Notes: generated from the sequence alone by a model not told the origin. A stretch of DNA of 45,751 nucleotides from Octopus bimaculoides (GCF_001194135.2 NC_068987.1:33473469-33519219); one strand, 5' to 3'. Shown: positions 13,051 to 25,910, numbered from the stretch's first letter. Numbers and translations: made by a program.

Positions 13051-14394
13051 GTTGTGGTGGAAGAGGTATAATTATGGTGCACTTTCGCTCTGGCACGCTC
13101 TCGTCCTTTGATTGACAAGAGTTTCAACGTAAAGAACGTATTAAACTGATTGAATTAGAGCTCGTGTTTTTGGAGTAAATTAACTTAAAAGGTTTGTTCT
13201 GCTAGTTTTAACATGTATGTCACGAATCACGTCTGAACTCTATTTACTGCTGGTAAATCGGGAATATATATAAAAAAAAAAGTAAGGATTTCCGCTGCAG
13301 CTATTGGAATGGTTTTAAGTTAATTAATATATGCGCGGCCTTTTGCAATCTGGCGCTGAGTGGATGTTGGAGATGTATTCCATACGTATACAACTTCAAG
13401 GAATAAATACGCACACGCACATACACACACACACACAGACATACACAGATACACACACAAACACACACACTAACACGCACACACATATACACACAAATAT
13501 ATATGTATAAATATTTTCCTATACACACACACAGGCATACATGCATAAAATATGTGTGTGTGTGTGTGTGTGTATGTGTGTGTGTGTGAGAGTGTGTGTA
13601 TACATTATACATACATGCATACAAAAGCACATACATTGATGTGTTACTCGAAGTACGTGCTATAACAAATCTTGCCGCTGTTTGACGAGTCAAATTCCAC
13701 CACAGCTTTTAAATTTTCTCTAGCTCTTATTGATGTATATTCTTCGGCATCTGTCTGAACGTGTAAATATTCCTATATATTGTAGTGTTCAGTTTGTGTA
13801 TATAAACACTTTAAATTTCATAAAAGCAAATTGACATATTACACTTAAGTATAAGTGATCGATTAGTCACGTGATCAAGTGTTTCAAAACTTTTATAGTT
13901 ATGAGCATAGAGTACGTGTCACGAAGCAAGATCGAAAATACGTTAACCGTGATATCATCAGAAAGTTTTACAACATTATAAATATCACCATCTAAGAAGT
14001 AAAAGGTAAATTCTAATGGAAGCGCGTGATTGTTTCCTAACACAACCTAACATGAATCCTCAAATGTATTATGATTCACACTGAAAAATCTGAGGGAGAT
14101 GATAAAATCAAACCGAGCAACAGTTTGCATGGCAATGCCTGAACTGGACGCAATAATTACTGCACCATTCAGAATTTATATCTCATTTCGTAGGAAATCT
14201 AATGTTCAATCTCACTTCGCAATATGAAAGCTGTATCTGAAAGATGTTAACTTCATTCATGACAGCCTTAATTTCGTTGTCACCGTTGCTCATACTAAGT
14301 TCTTCACTTTAAGATTTCCATACAACCAACAAAAATTCCGAAAAAACCTTGCGGCTAGATTTGAAAATATTTCCAGCAATTTAATATTACAGTT

Positions 14395-14559
14395 CACGTT
14401 TCGTCCGTCTCTAGGTTCTAAGTTCAAATCTCACCGAAGTCGACTTTGCCAGTCATCATTTCGGAGTCAATAAAATAAGTACCAGTTAATCACTGGGGTT
14501 GATGTAATCGACTAAGCCTTTCCTATGAAGTTGCTGGTCTTGTGCCAAAATTTGAAATC
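14395..14559 (+). mobile_element. SINE family A, 5'-truncated copy (first of a tandem pair)
   Basis: gttctaagttcaaat...gaagtcgactttg...ataagtaccagt...gatgtaatcgact...ggtcttgtgccaaaatttgaaatc; colinear with the next copy. Confidence 0.8.
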
Positions 14560-14578
14560 CCTGTGACGGCAGGGGGTT

Positions 14579-14792
14579 AGGCGGATAGCTGGCAGAATCA
14601 TTAGCATACCGGACAAAATGTTTAGCAGTATTTCGTCTGTCCTTACGTTCTAAGTTCAAATTCCGCTGAAGTCGACTTTGCGTCTCATCCTTTCGGGGCC
14701 GATAAGATAATTATGCCTGAGCACAGAGGTCAATGTAATCGACTTAATCCCTGGTACTCGAATTTACTGGTCTTGTGCGAAAATTTGAAATC
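14579..14792 (+). mobile_element. SINE family A, near full-length copy
   Basis: Head agctggcagaatcattagc, B-box-like gttctaagttcaaattcc, core gtcgactttgcgtctcatcctttcggggccgataa. The same core recurs five times in the window. Confidence 0.85.
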
Positions 14793-16109
14793 AATATTAC
14801 AGTTTACCTTTTAAAATTATAAATTCTCCGTAAATTCTTCCCTCTGAACTCTCATGTACACTTTTGAGGGACTTTTAATGCAACACTAAATGGTTGTATC
14901 TACTACCAAGCATTCCCGAGAGCAGGGATCTAATCTGGTTTATCTGCCTTAATATTCATGCGTTCAAATATAGCGGATGAGAATAACAGTGTGTATGTAA
15001 TAGCGGCCGGCAAGTTTGCTGACATCTTCTGATTGGTATTGCTTTGGTTTTTCTGCAAGCCAGTCTCAAACATGGAAATCTATGTTCAAAGATGCCTTTT
15101 GCGTATCCGCCTTGAGAGAGCAGTACTTAATGTTAGCGATATTGAGCAAATATGTAATTTAAGCACAAAATGATGTATTACATGTTACATTTGTCACCAT
15201 TTTATACATGTTCAGGGAATAAACTGCGAAGATCAAGCAAGCGGAATGGAAAATCAAGATACAAGAATGTTAAAACATATTTCTTCATCGGCTTAACAGT
15301 ACAGTAAAAAGTGGGAGTTCTAATTTTTGAAATATATCCAGGCATTGCATGTAAAATAATTATCTCCTAATAGTACTTTTTTTCAGAAGTTTCTGAAACT
15401 GTTAGCAAGCGGTGGCTATAGGATTAACAGATTCGGTATATGGCTGCCTGCAATGGACAGATTTGAAAACCGGAAGAGTGTGACTGTAACGCACGAATTA
15501 ATGTGGACTTATTTGAATTAGTAATAGAACCTGTGTTACCAACATGAGTGTATATTATATCTGCAACTTAATGTTTGATGCAGTAGAGACTAAATGTAAT
15601 CTGATTGCAGATGCAATTTGAAGGTGAAAAAAAAAAAGAAAGCATAAAGAATTCAGGCGAGAAAAGCAAAAGATTAAGAAGTATTACTCAAGGAATCGAA
15701 TCTTTGACGCTAATTCTCTTTTCAGGGAATGTAGACGGTAATGTCCAATGATCAGAGAAAAGGATGAAAATGGCATTGGTAATTGTGTTTCGGATGTCTA
15801 TTCAACAAATAACTCATGTAAGCCGAGGCGTCAAAGGCCAGGTTATAGATACAGGAATGATCGAACTTATACACCTAGGTTTAATTTCCCGTAGCATGTT
15901 GTGGTGGATTGATTTTACTGGGTGAGAAGATAGGCTGAAAGTGGAGAAAGTACTTCTTCCGAATGAATTGCAGGTGAAGAGAGGAGATTGAAAATGGTGG
16001 ATAGATTTATTAACTCTTAACTTATTGGTTATCATTAGTGAACTCCTGTGAGTATTTAGTTATATATAACTGTGTGTGTACGTGTCTGTATTTATATATA
16101 CATACATGC

Positions 16110-16148
<39 letters not shown>

Positions 16149-18788
16149 NNNNNNNNNNNNNNNNNNNNNNNNNNNNNNNNNNNNNNNNNNNNNNNNNNNN
16201 NNNNNNNNNNNNNNNNNNNNNNNNNNNNNNNNNNNNNNNNNNNNNNNNNNNNNNNNNNNNNNNNNNNNNNNNNNNNNNNNNNNNNNNNNNNNNNNNNNTG
16301 TGTGTGTGTGTGTGTGTGTGTATGTGTGCATATATATGGTTGTATGTGTAACTGCATGTTTGAGTGTGTGTACGTATATAGTCGCACGTACTTGTGTGTA
16401 TTTGTTTGAAATGGAGAGCGTTTTGACACACGCACGTACTCTCAATTTTCTTCTTTCTGCGTAACTGTGTTTCTATGTGTTTGAGTGGGTTTCATTGTGA
16501 TTGCCACTGCTTACGCATGCATGAATAGGTAATGCCTGAACGTTGAAAAAGTTATTTCTAGGTGTTAAATTCATCAATCAGGATTAGTGAAACATAATTG
16601 AGGATTCATTATGAAACTAAATTGGGGCGTTCAATAATTCTCTTCGTTGCTTTGTTTTACTCTCTTTTCTCTCTTTATTTTATCTATTTGTGTATATCTG
16701 TCTGAATGTTTGTAACTTCCCTTCTATCTTCCTTTATGCCTTTCTGTCTATTTATCTATCTATCCATCTTACTAAATTTGTGTTTGCTTGCTTATTTGTC
16801 CATTTTTTTTTAAAGTCAAAGCGTTTCAGCATTTCAGTAATTCCTTCCTTTTTATCTCACTGTTTTTCTTTCTTTTGCACGTCATTATCATAATTCACGA
16901 CTACCTTTGCCTTTTTCCTCATTTTTCTATTTCTAACTTGCCCTTGCTCTTTTCTGTTCAACTCAAACTATAATATTGTTTAAAGTAGTGCTGTAAAGGA
17001 GTCTGAAATGAGGTGAGGGACGTAACACAGGTGATTAGATTTCTCGTTGCTATTTGGTAAATGGTATTTGTGAAGTTAGTGCGTGTTTCATTTAAGGAAA
17101 TAGTGTAGCTTACATAACAATATAAAGTAGTGAAAAAATATTACCAGATAAACAAAACAGAAAAAAGATGAATTAGAAGATAGATAGCTACAGAAAGCGG
17201 GGAGCGATGGTGGCAAGGGAAGATAGAAGGAAAGAGATAGAAATAGAGAGTGTGTATGTGTGCGTGTGTGTGTGTATGTAAGTGTGTGACTATCTGTCTC
17301 TGTGTGTATTTGTCTGTGCATGAGTAAGTGTGCGTCTGTGTGAATATGTGCTATGTATGTCTGTGAGTAAGAGTGTATGCGTGCCCGCACATGTGTGTAT
17401 TTGGGTGTGCGCGTGTGTGTACAAGCGGAAAGTAAATCTTTAATTTTCGGAAACTACGAAATATATCTGAAGATTATTCCATCAGAAAGTTTGGAACCAA
17501 TCTTGAAAATACATCAATTTTAAATGGATATCTCACACATTCCAACACTTTCTCCTCTAAAATTATAATACAGTTCTTAGTAGATCTTATAGCTGCTCCT
17601 ACTGACGCAACTGCTGTTAATTTTCATGATGTTATTGTTATTTGGTGTTTGTTGTAATGTGCTGCTTTTTTCTCTGTCGCTATTCCTATTGATAGTGTAA
17701 ACGTAGCGTAATCGTAGAGATAGTGTTGTCCGCGGCAGTGTCGGCATTACTTGCCAATGTTTAGCACTAGATCTGTCACAAAGGTGCAGATGTGTGATAA
17801 AAAAGAAAAAAGGCTTCAACCGTGACGTATCATTTTTACTTCATTCACAGTTTTTCTGGAACTACATTTATCGAATGTGCAATTTTGTATTTGAAACCTT
17901 GAGAGTGGCTGTGAAATAAGGGAGAGAGTTGTCTGTTATTTTGAAGATATCAAACGTATGCAGCAATTTGTAGAAGCAATAGTTGTAGTATTGATGGTAG
18001 TGATGGCGTTGTTAATGATAGAAAGCGAGTGTGTATATGTGCGTTTGTGTGTGTATGTGAGTGTGTGTCTATCTGTCTGTGTGTGTATCTGTGTGTGCTT
18101 GGACTGATATATTCTGGTGGGGTGGGGGCAATATTGACAGTGATAAATGTGGTACTGATGGAAAAGTTGAGGATGGTGGTGGTATGCTGCTGGTAATGAT
18201 AGAAGTAGCGTATGTTGGTGATATATGTGGTGCTGATGTGTCGGTGAAGTGGTGGATATACAGGCGTGATCTTCGTGGTAGTGGAAGTGTGAAGTTAGTA
18301 TTGAATATATCGTTAGTAATTTATTGTTTAACTACCGGTTAGGTGGTATCCAGCATATCGATGATCAAGTGCTTTCTAGCTGTCACCAAAATATTTTCGT
18401 TTACCATCATTCCAAATACATATAATTTTATCTGAGATAATTTTCGCTGATATTTCAAGTAAGTTAAATAGTGAGATAAGCAATTATAATGAAGCACTGG
18501 TGATGTTAAAGATGATTATGATGACGACAACGCCGGTGACGGTTATGAAAATATTCAAGAAGAACAGTTTATTTTGACTATGATTCTTACATCATCGCTG
18601 CTACGTAACCCCGGGCCAACACTAATCCCGCAAACCTATGGCACGCACGTAGTTCATATTGTGTAGGAATTCAATTTTCAACTATTTCCGCCCTGGTACA
18701 TGAGTAGTACTTGTGTAACGTCATTTCAAACCCCTTCATGTTGTCCTGTAGAAAACACATTATTATTGCTTCGTAGCCGCATATCATA

Positions 18789-19352
18789 GAGTTCGGATCT
18801 AGTTAGTCTCATTCACAAACTCAGCCCCCTTTACTTTTGACCCGATTTTTTTTTTCAGTTTTGATGTATCGATGTAGTTCTGAATTTTCATTACGCTCAA
18901 CTAATTACTTTACCTCATGAATTAAAGAATCTGATGTTATTTGAAATTCAAGTTTTGGGTAGTTTTAGCCAATCAACAGACAGCGAAGAATTAACAGCTA
19001 GTTACCATGACAACCGCACGTTGTGTTGATTCTTCACACTACAAGATTCACTTTACTTCACCTCTATATTTTGTTTGTGTGTATCACTGTTTTTTAAAAA
19101 CATTTTCTGAAAAATTTATACTTATCAATTAGAATTTTATTGTTGATATTTTTCTTCAATTGTCTTAATATTTTACTTACTTTTGATATATCTTTCATAT
19201 ATAATTTACATATATTTCGTGATTGCAACGAATGTCAGTCAGTTTCAACCTAAATCTGGCCAGAATGAGCCATTCTGTATTATTATTGAAGATGTAGAAC
19301 AGCGTTATTTAATGTTTCCTTCATTTTTTTAAATGTTAGAGCATAGTGTGAG
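18789..19352 (+). repeat. Dispersed repeat (non-coding, SINE/MITE-like), left arm of an inverted pair
   Basis: Colinear with the reverse complement of 21007-21631, e.g. ttacgctcaactaattacttta, ctagttaccatgacaac, ttatcaattagaattttattg, ccagaatgag..attctgtattattattgaagatg, gagcatagtgtgag. Confidence 0.85.
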
Positions 19353-19494
19353 GGAGATTTGACTGTTGTTTCTAGCAAATTGAACAACCACACAGAGATT
19401 ACTTCATTGGCTTATTTGCTGATGTGTATAAGTAAACAAAACTGAAGAAAATGGATCGTCATCTGCTCCTAGGATGCCTATTCCAGTTGTATGA

Positions 19495-19630
19495 TCAACT
19501 GAACTGATTACACAGTCAACTGGTACTTACTTTATCATCCCTCAAAGAATGAAAGGCAAAGCCAACCAAGGTGGAATTTTATCTCTGGATGTAAAGCATT
19601 TTGCCTCGTGCGGTAATGATTCTGTCAGCT
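19495..19630 (-). mobile_element. SINE family A, degenerate minus-strand copy
   Basis: actggtacttactttatc...gaatgaaaggcaaagccaacc..ggtggaattt...aatgattctgtcagct is the reverse complement of the family A core and head. Confidence 0.7.
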
Positions 19631-19965
19631 TATGGTTACACACTATAGTAACATATAACTGGGTGAGTATACCGCAGCACACATGCACCAAAAACATAAT
19701 CCGTAAGTATAATCAGAACAACCCAGTATAACATGACCAGGCCTTTTAATTACAGGTCTAGGATCTAATTATGTTGTAATTTTGCTGAGTTTTCCATAGA
19801 TATATGTGGCCTTAATGTAATTCTGGGGCAGAATCAATGTGATATATGATGTTTCAACAGAATGATTTTCAACTATTATGAAAAATACACCATTCGCTGA
19901 ATAAATTGTGGAAAATCACTACAAAACGAAAGAAAATATCAGATGAATAATTCTTTTGACCGGGT

Positions 19966-20005
19966 GCTGTGCGTCGCTGTGCGTCGCTGTGCGTTGCTAT
20001 GCGTC
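19966..20005. repeat. Four tandem copies of the 10-mer GCTGTGCGTC (two with one change)
   Basis: gctgtgcgtc gctgtgcgtc gctgtgcgtt gctatgcgtc read directly. Confidence 0.9.
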
Positions 20006-20109
20006 CCTGTGGGTAAATATTTCGTGTGAGACCAGGCTGGCTCTTTAAATTAGTTGTACTTTCATTTGGTAGGGTTCCACACAGTTTCTATTTAACCAAT
20101 CTTACTCCC

Positions 20110-20445
20110 AATGCTTTGGTCACCTGACAGATTAACTATTAAGTCACTCGCAGACGTTCTCCATCCTCTGATGATCAGACATTTTGTTCCCTTCTCTCAG
20201 GCATTTCTCCTACTACTATATGGCTTCTGCTCCTTGCAGCTAGCTGAGCTCACCTCACCTCGTCATCCCTCTCATATCCACGCGACCCAACTCCCATCAA
20301 CAAGACCTTACATTTATCACTGTGCTCAGTCTTTCCTCCCCGAAATGGCTTCCCTCAAGAAATCCCTCTCTGCTCATATCTTTCCCACAGATATTGGTTT
20401 ACGGAGATTCACAAGAAACTTCAATGGCAATAATCATTAACCTCA
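20110..20445 (+). mobile_element. 3' end of a CR1/L2/Jockey-group LINE ORF2 (degenerate)
   Basis: ORF 20111-20440 ...LLYGFCSLQLAELTSP...HCAQSFLPEMASLKKSLSAHIFPTDIGLRRFTRNFN resembles the C-terminal pattern YYxGxCSxEL...xSFxPRTxxLWNSLPxxxFP...LxxFKxxVN. Confidence 0.7.
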
Positions 20446-21006
20446 CTCATCTAGATGATCCGTGAAGAGCATCGGCTCTGTCCCTTCTTTCAGACCCAAC
20501 ACGAGTAGAAAATAAAACAAAAACAAAAAAAGATCACGCCAAAACTAGACTAAAAGATTGTTGCTCAAAGTGTGATGGAGTTGGATTGAACTCAACACTA
20601 ACATGTCAGGATTATGATGTGAGCTTATTAGTCACCTGGTCCTGTGTCCCTTCCCCACCTTTGCCTGAGATGTAGAGGAAAAGCTGTATTTGTGGTGGGC
20701 AAGTAATGTAATTAATAGGTTTAGATCCCGTTGAGGTAGAAATAATAACCCTGTGGAAATGAAGCTGGCAGAATGAATCAGAATACTTATTTCCTAAATG
20801 ATACGGAATGAAAGAAGAGCACAGAATTGAGGGGTGGGTCGTGACAGACAGAAAATCTGAAGAAATATTCCATTGTATGTAACCAAAAAGGATTAAAAAC
20901 AAAATGAATGAAATCTGCCCACCTGACTTTTCCTTTTCCGTGAGGTTGGGATAGGCTGCCAAGTCTCAAAGCTTGAGAACACTTTCGGCAGGTTTCCTTC
21001 ATTTTG

Positions 21007-21631
21007 CTCACACTATGCTCGAACATTTTAAAATGTAGGACACATTAAATAATGTTGCCCTGCATCTTCAATAATAATACAGAATAACTCATTCTGGTCA
21101 GACCTGGGTTTAAACTGATATGCATTCGTTGCAACCGTTGCAAACTGTAAACTCAGAAAAAGTAAACACAGAAATACTTGACGAAATATCTGTAAAATAT
21201 ATATGAAAATTACATGAAAAATAAGTAAAATATTAAGACAATTGATGAAAAATATCTACAATAAAATTCTAATTGATAAATATAATTGTTTCAGAAATGT
21301 TTTTCAAAAAAACAGTGATGTAAACAAACAAAACGTGCGGGTGAAGCAAGGTGAATCTTCTAGTGTGAAGGATCAAACACAGATTGCAGTTGTCATGGTA
21401 ACTAGTAGTTGATGCCACGCTGTCAGGTGATTTGTTAAAATTGCCCAAATTTTACCAAATGTATTTCCAAATAACATCATATTCTTTAATTTATGAGATA
21501 AAGTAATTAGTTGAGCGTAATCAAAATCCAGAACTGCCTCGATACACCAACATTGGTGGCTGATTTTGTGAATGAAGCGAACACCAAAATTGGTGGCTGA
21601 TTTTGTGAATGAAGCGAACTAGGTCCGAGAG
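21007..21631 (-). repeat. Same dispersed repeat as 18789-19352 in inverted orientation; carries a 37-bp internal tandem duplication (21544-21580, 21581-21617)
   Basis: By-eye alignment of the reverse complement to 18789-19352. The duplicated unit is acaccaa(c/a)attggtggctgattttgtgaatgaagcga. Confidence 0.85.
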
Positions 21632-22802
21632 TTCCAACAGTACAGTACCACATTAGGCTTGCCCCACTTCAAGTGTTACACATAGGTACTCAGCTGATCT
21701 GACCGTCCATATTCTCAAGCATTTCCGTCTAGCTAAGTCCATATTCCGAAGCATCTCCGTCTAGCTAAGAAGAAAGTTGTACAATCCGATACTTCGTCCC
21801 TCAATTCTAGTGATTGCAACAGCGGAATAGAGTAAAGCGGAGACATCAGAACCATAAATACAACTCTTTCTCTGCACTTACATGTTGCTGCTGTTCATCT
21901 CAGAGCACAAAGGCTGGAATAAATAAATGCACGCGATATTTGTGTTTAATAATATTCTTTTCTTGTTTTATATATGACTGAGCCTAGTTATTGTAGTGGA
22001 GGCATTGCATTTGTGCCTGGATTTTCGTAAAACGGTTCAGTGGAGTAGAAGCTTGTTACAACAATGGTAATCTCTTCCTCTCGATTACTCGGTTGCTTTT
22101 CAATATAGAGACTCCCTGTGTAGTTGATGAGAAATTTGATAATAAAGGTGAAAGTGATTGTAATGCCATGATGCTCATGATGACCGAAGTAGCGGTGATG
22201 TTGATAATTAAAGTGGTGCTGATTGATTATGGATGCGTGATAGCTGTGTTCGTGGGGTCATGGTTGTATTATTTAGGTGGTAGTAGCATAGGTGATCTTA
22301 GCTGGTTATATTGCTATTGGTAACTGATATAACGTATATATTGTGAGTTTGGTGGCGTTTTTGTGGGGTGTTTGTGTGCACAGTCATATTGTTTAAGCCT
22401 GTAAGTCATTTGTTGCCTATGCTGAGTCTTCTAGAACCTCTATGTAGTTGATTTATGTAAATAGTAGGATGTTTGTCTTTTGGCTGCGTGGCATGTGTGT
22501 CTGTGTGTGCGTGTGCATGTGCGTGCGTGTGTGTGTATGTGTGTGCGTGTGCGCGCATATGTGCGTGAGAGAGATGTGTCATTCATATTGTTGAGTGTGA
22601 AGGTTATTTGTATTTAATTTTCTCTTATGATGCTGCTTAGAGCGAAGAATGTTGATTATGAAGCTCCTACTTTACCTAATGTTCTGTAACCGTATTTTCC
22701 AGTGGTTTAGGATATGGAAGAGTTGTGGAGCATTCTAGATATGATAGAATAATTGTGGAAATTGATATGTGTGGTGTCATCTGTTTAATAAAATATGCAT
22801 AG

Positions 22803-22825
22803 TGTGTGGCGCTATACGATTTCAC
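22803..22825 (+). CDS. Candidate 23-nt coding micro-exon encoding CVALYDF(T), an SH3-domain N-terminal motif
   Basis: atgcatAG|TGT GTG GCG CTA TAC GAT TTC AC|GTAAGT: consensus donor, and the acceptor TAG is an in-frame stop just upstream. The polypyrimidine tract is weak and no partner exon was found. Confidence 0.3.
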
Positions 22826-24464
22826 GTAAGTGCAGATTTTAAAATGTGAGACTGATGATTGGACATTTGAGATAATAAATTTAGCAATAAAGTTCAATCA
22901 GACGGAGTTGGTAGTGCTGGTGCTGCTATGAGGCTAGAGGTGCCCGATGTAGTGGTGATATTGATAATTAAAGTGGTACTGATTTAGTATGGGCACATGA
23001 TAGCTACCGTTTCAGATGATTTCTTAAGATTGCGTTGAGTTTCGTTTACATATGTGAATAATGAGAAATAGAAAGAAAGCTTCGCCGATGTGAGAAGTAG
23101 CTGGAATAGAACATGGAAAGAATGATTTAGTCTGAAAACTGTAGCAGTATTCTGCTATATTGGGCCCAAACTGTTTGTTTTCCAATATCAAACTGAATCT
23201 TTATGACCGAGTAATGTTACCAGCAAAACTGTTTATACTAAATTAATGTCTTGGATTTTTGAGTGATGGATTATATCATCAGAGTTGCTCTGATTCAATT
23301 TTTTTTCTGGGCCAAAATAGAAGAATCCAGAGCCATAGAGAAAATGAGCATGACAGGCAGACGGTCTGTATGCAGGGAGTTTAAGGACGTGAGACGTGAA
23401 AAGTAGAAGTCACCAAATTCATGTATTTGTCAGTCTCCACAGCTAAAACAATCAAAATGTTGTCTGTAAAAACAACCATCTACACTAACACTGGCACACT
23501 CATCCCATTCACAAATAGATTCATGCGTAGCCCTTAATACGCATTCATCTATGAAAGGAAACTGCACGTCGTTTTGCTTTTTTTCTTGGAACAGTCGTAT
23601 TCCACATTAGCTTTGAAAAATAAAATGAGGACGTAAGAATTAAAGACTACTCTTCACATTCATCAGATATCTAAATTATCATATTAAAAACGACGTCACC
23701 ATCCTCTGTATTATGTTCCTCATAAGGGTAATAGTTGTGTGTAACATTACGAACTGATGGAGTGACGGGGAATAAGGGATATGATGGTTAATGATGTCAA
23801 GGTTTAGCATTTCTAGAAGATGGAAATTGTGCATAGAAGCGTGATGTGTGATGGGTTTGCATGATGCTTATTCACATCGGAATTTGGTTCTTTATAATAA
23901 ACACTATGATTTAAAGCAGTTACCTTATTTGTAGTAGTCAACAATATTGGCAAAAGACCATTGTGGATGTCTGTGAAGGTAGTGATTCATTTAGAACCTG
24001 CTTTAGGAATATGGTTCAGTATTCTTCTACCACACAGGTTAAGTATTTTTCCTTTAATTAATGTATGTAAAAAGGATGAACTACCATCTTACTCTGCTAG
24101 AAAAATCCTGATTGTTGTTTTATCTACTTTATTTGCTAAATGTGATATTTCGCCACTGAAATTCATGAAATGTTTAATAAAACGATATGCGATGTGTGGA
24201 TGTGTATGTGTGTGTGAATCTATTATTTGGAAGTTTATTTGATTTCGGTATGCGGCACAGTCGTTGATGCTATTGATGAAACTAAGTAATTTTATAGAGT
24301 GTTTTACGATTTGACTAGTAAATGTTCAACAACGTTTGAACCTGTGGTGTTGTCCACCTTTAAGATAGCAGCGTAATAATTGAGGAGGATTTATTGGCAA
24401 TATATTTGAAGCCATTCGTTCGTCCTGCTACAGTCTTCATGGCTGGACGTTAATTTTCTTGATG

Positions 24465-24810
24465 TTGTTGCTGCTGCTGCTGATGATGGTAGTAGTGGTG
24501 GCGGTAGCGGCGGTAGTGGTGGTGGTGGTGGTGAAGGACATGATTATGGATACACTGCAGAAGCGGAAGATGATAGTGATGATGAGTATAAACGAATTAA
24601 CATTTTAAAAGGTTACAGGAAGAAGAAAAAAATACTGAAGTTTGTGGAAATGAAATGTTGTTGGATTTGATAAAGGAGTTGCAAACGTGGTATAGCTGCT
24701 GTGAATGTTAAGTACATTGCTGTGTATAGAAGAAATAGAGGAATAAAAAGGAAGAATGAAGAACATGAAGAGAATGGAAACATATCATCATCACCATATA
24801 TCATCATCAA

Positions 24811-24843
<33 letters not shown>

Positions 24844-24888
24844 AATTATAATTATTAGTATTAGTAGTAGTAGTTGCAGTCGTAAAGA

Positions 24889-24931
<43 letters not shown>

Positions 24932-24995
24932 TGTAGTATAAGTAGAAGGGGCAGCAGCTGGAGTAGCAGCAGTAGCAGCAGCAGCAGCAGCAGTG

Positions 24996-25039
<44 letters not shown>

Positions 25040-25040
25040 C
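24465..25040. repeat. Block of successive trinucleotide microsatellites (GCT, GGT, CAT, AGT, AGC)
   Basis: Direct reading; explains ORFs 24613-25398 and 24701-25072. Confidence 0.93.
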
Positions 25041-25107
25041 GTGTTGACATATCGAAGCGAAATAGTAGATGATGAAATAAAAATAATAGGATAGGAGTTA
25101 GAATTAA

Positions 25108-25329
<222 letters not shown>

Positions 25330-25744
25330 GGAAATATCGAGAAGATTTATATTGTGAAACATTACATGTATAGTAAATGAGAAAAGGGAACAGGGCAAAC
25401 ATGGAACATTTTAAATGCAGTAAACAATAATACAGATTTGCTAGAGCCGCAAAAGCAATAAATACATGGATCCGTATACATGAGTTTGACCAACTAGTTA
25501 TATAACAATATATGTTCGTGTACATAAACAATTATATGATTTGTCAACTTCGGTGAGGTTTAAACTGAAAATGTAAACCTATTGAGATTGCTTCGTTTTA
25601 GATATCTAGATGCAAGATATACCGGTGTTGTTAAATTCTGCAATATAGGGGATATCATAATCAGCTTCTTCCCCAATTGAAATGAATAAGATTATATCAA
25701 ATATGAATATATATGCGACGCATAATATAAAAAGAAAAAAAAAT

Positions 25745-25910
25745 GCCGCAGGCGTGACTGTGTGGTAAGACGCTTGCTTCCCAACCACATGATTCCAGGT
25801 TCAGTGCCACTGCGTGACACCTTCGGCCAGTCTATTCTACGTAAGCATCAGACAGACCATAGTCATGTAAGTGAATCTGAGATACGGACACTGAAAGAAG
25901 CTTGTCGTAT
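25745..25910 (+). mobile_element. 5' (tRNA-like head) half of SINE family B, running into (TA)n and a gap
   Basis: ggcgtgactgtgtggtaagacgcttgcttcccaaccacatgattccaggttcagtgccactgcgtg...actgaaagaagcttgtcgtatata; colinear with 32537-32700. Confidence 0.8.

Noticed and set aside
15959-16000. PNELQVKRGD*KWW resembling the SH3 ELSFxxGD...WW motif
   Set aside because: In-frame stop, no donor at the needed position, motif spacing collapsed, and it lies upstream of the ALYDF candidate.
20740-20930. Possible I-group LINE C-terminal remnant (TLWK*SWQNE...DRKSEEIFH)
   Set aside because: The similarity is too diffuse to support by eye.
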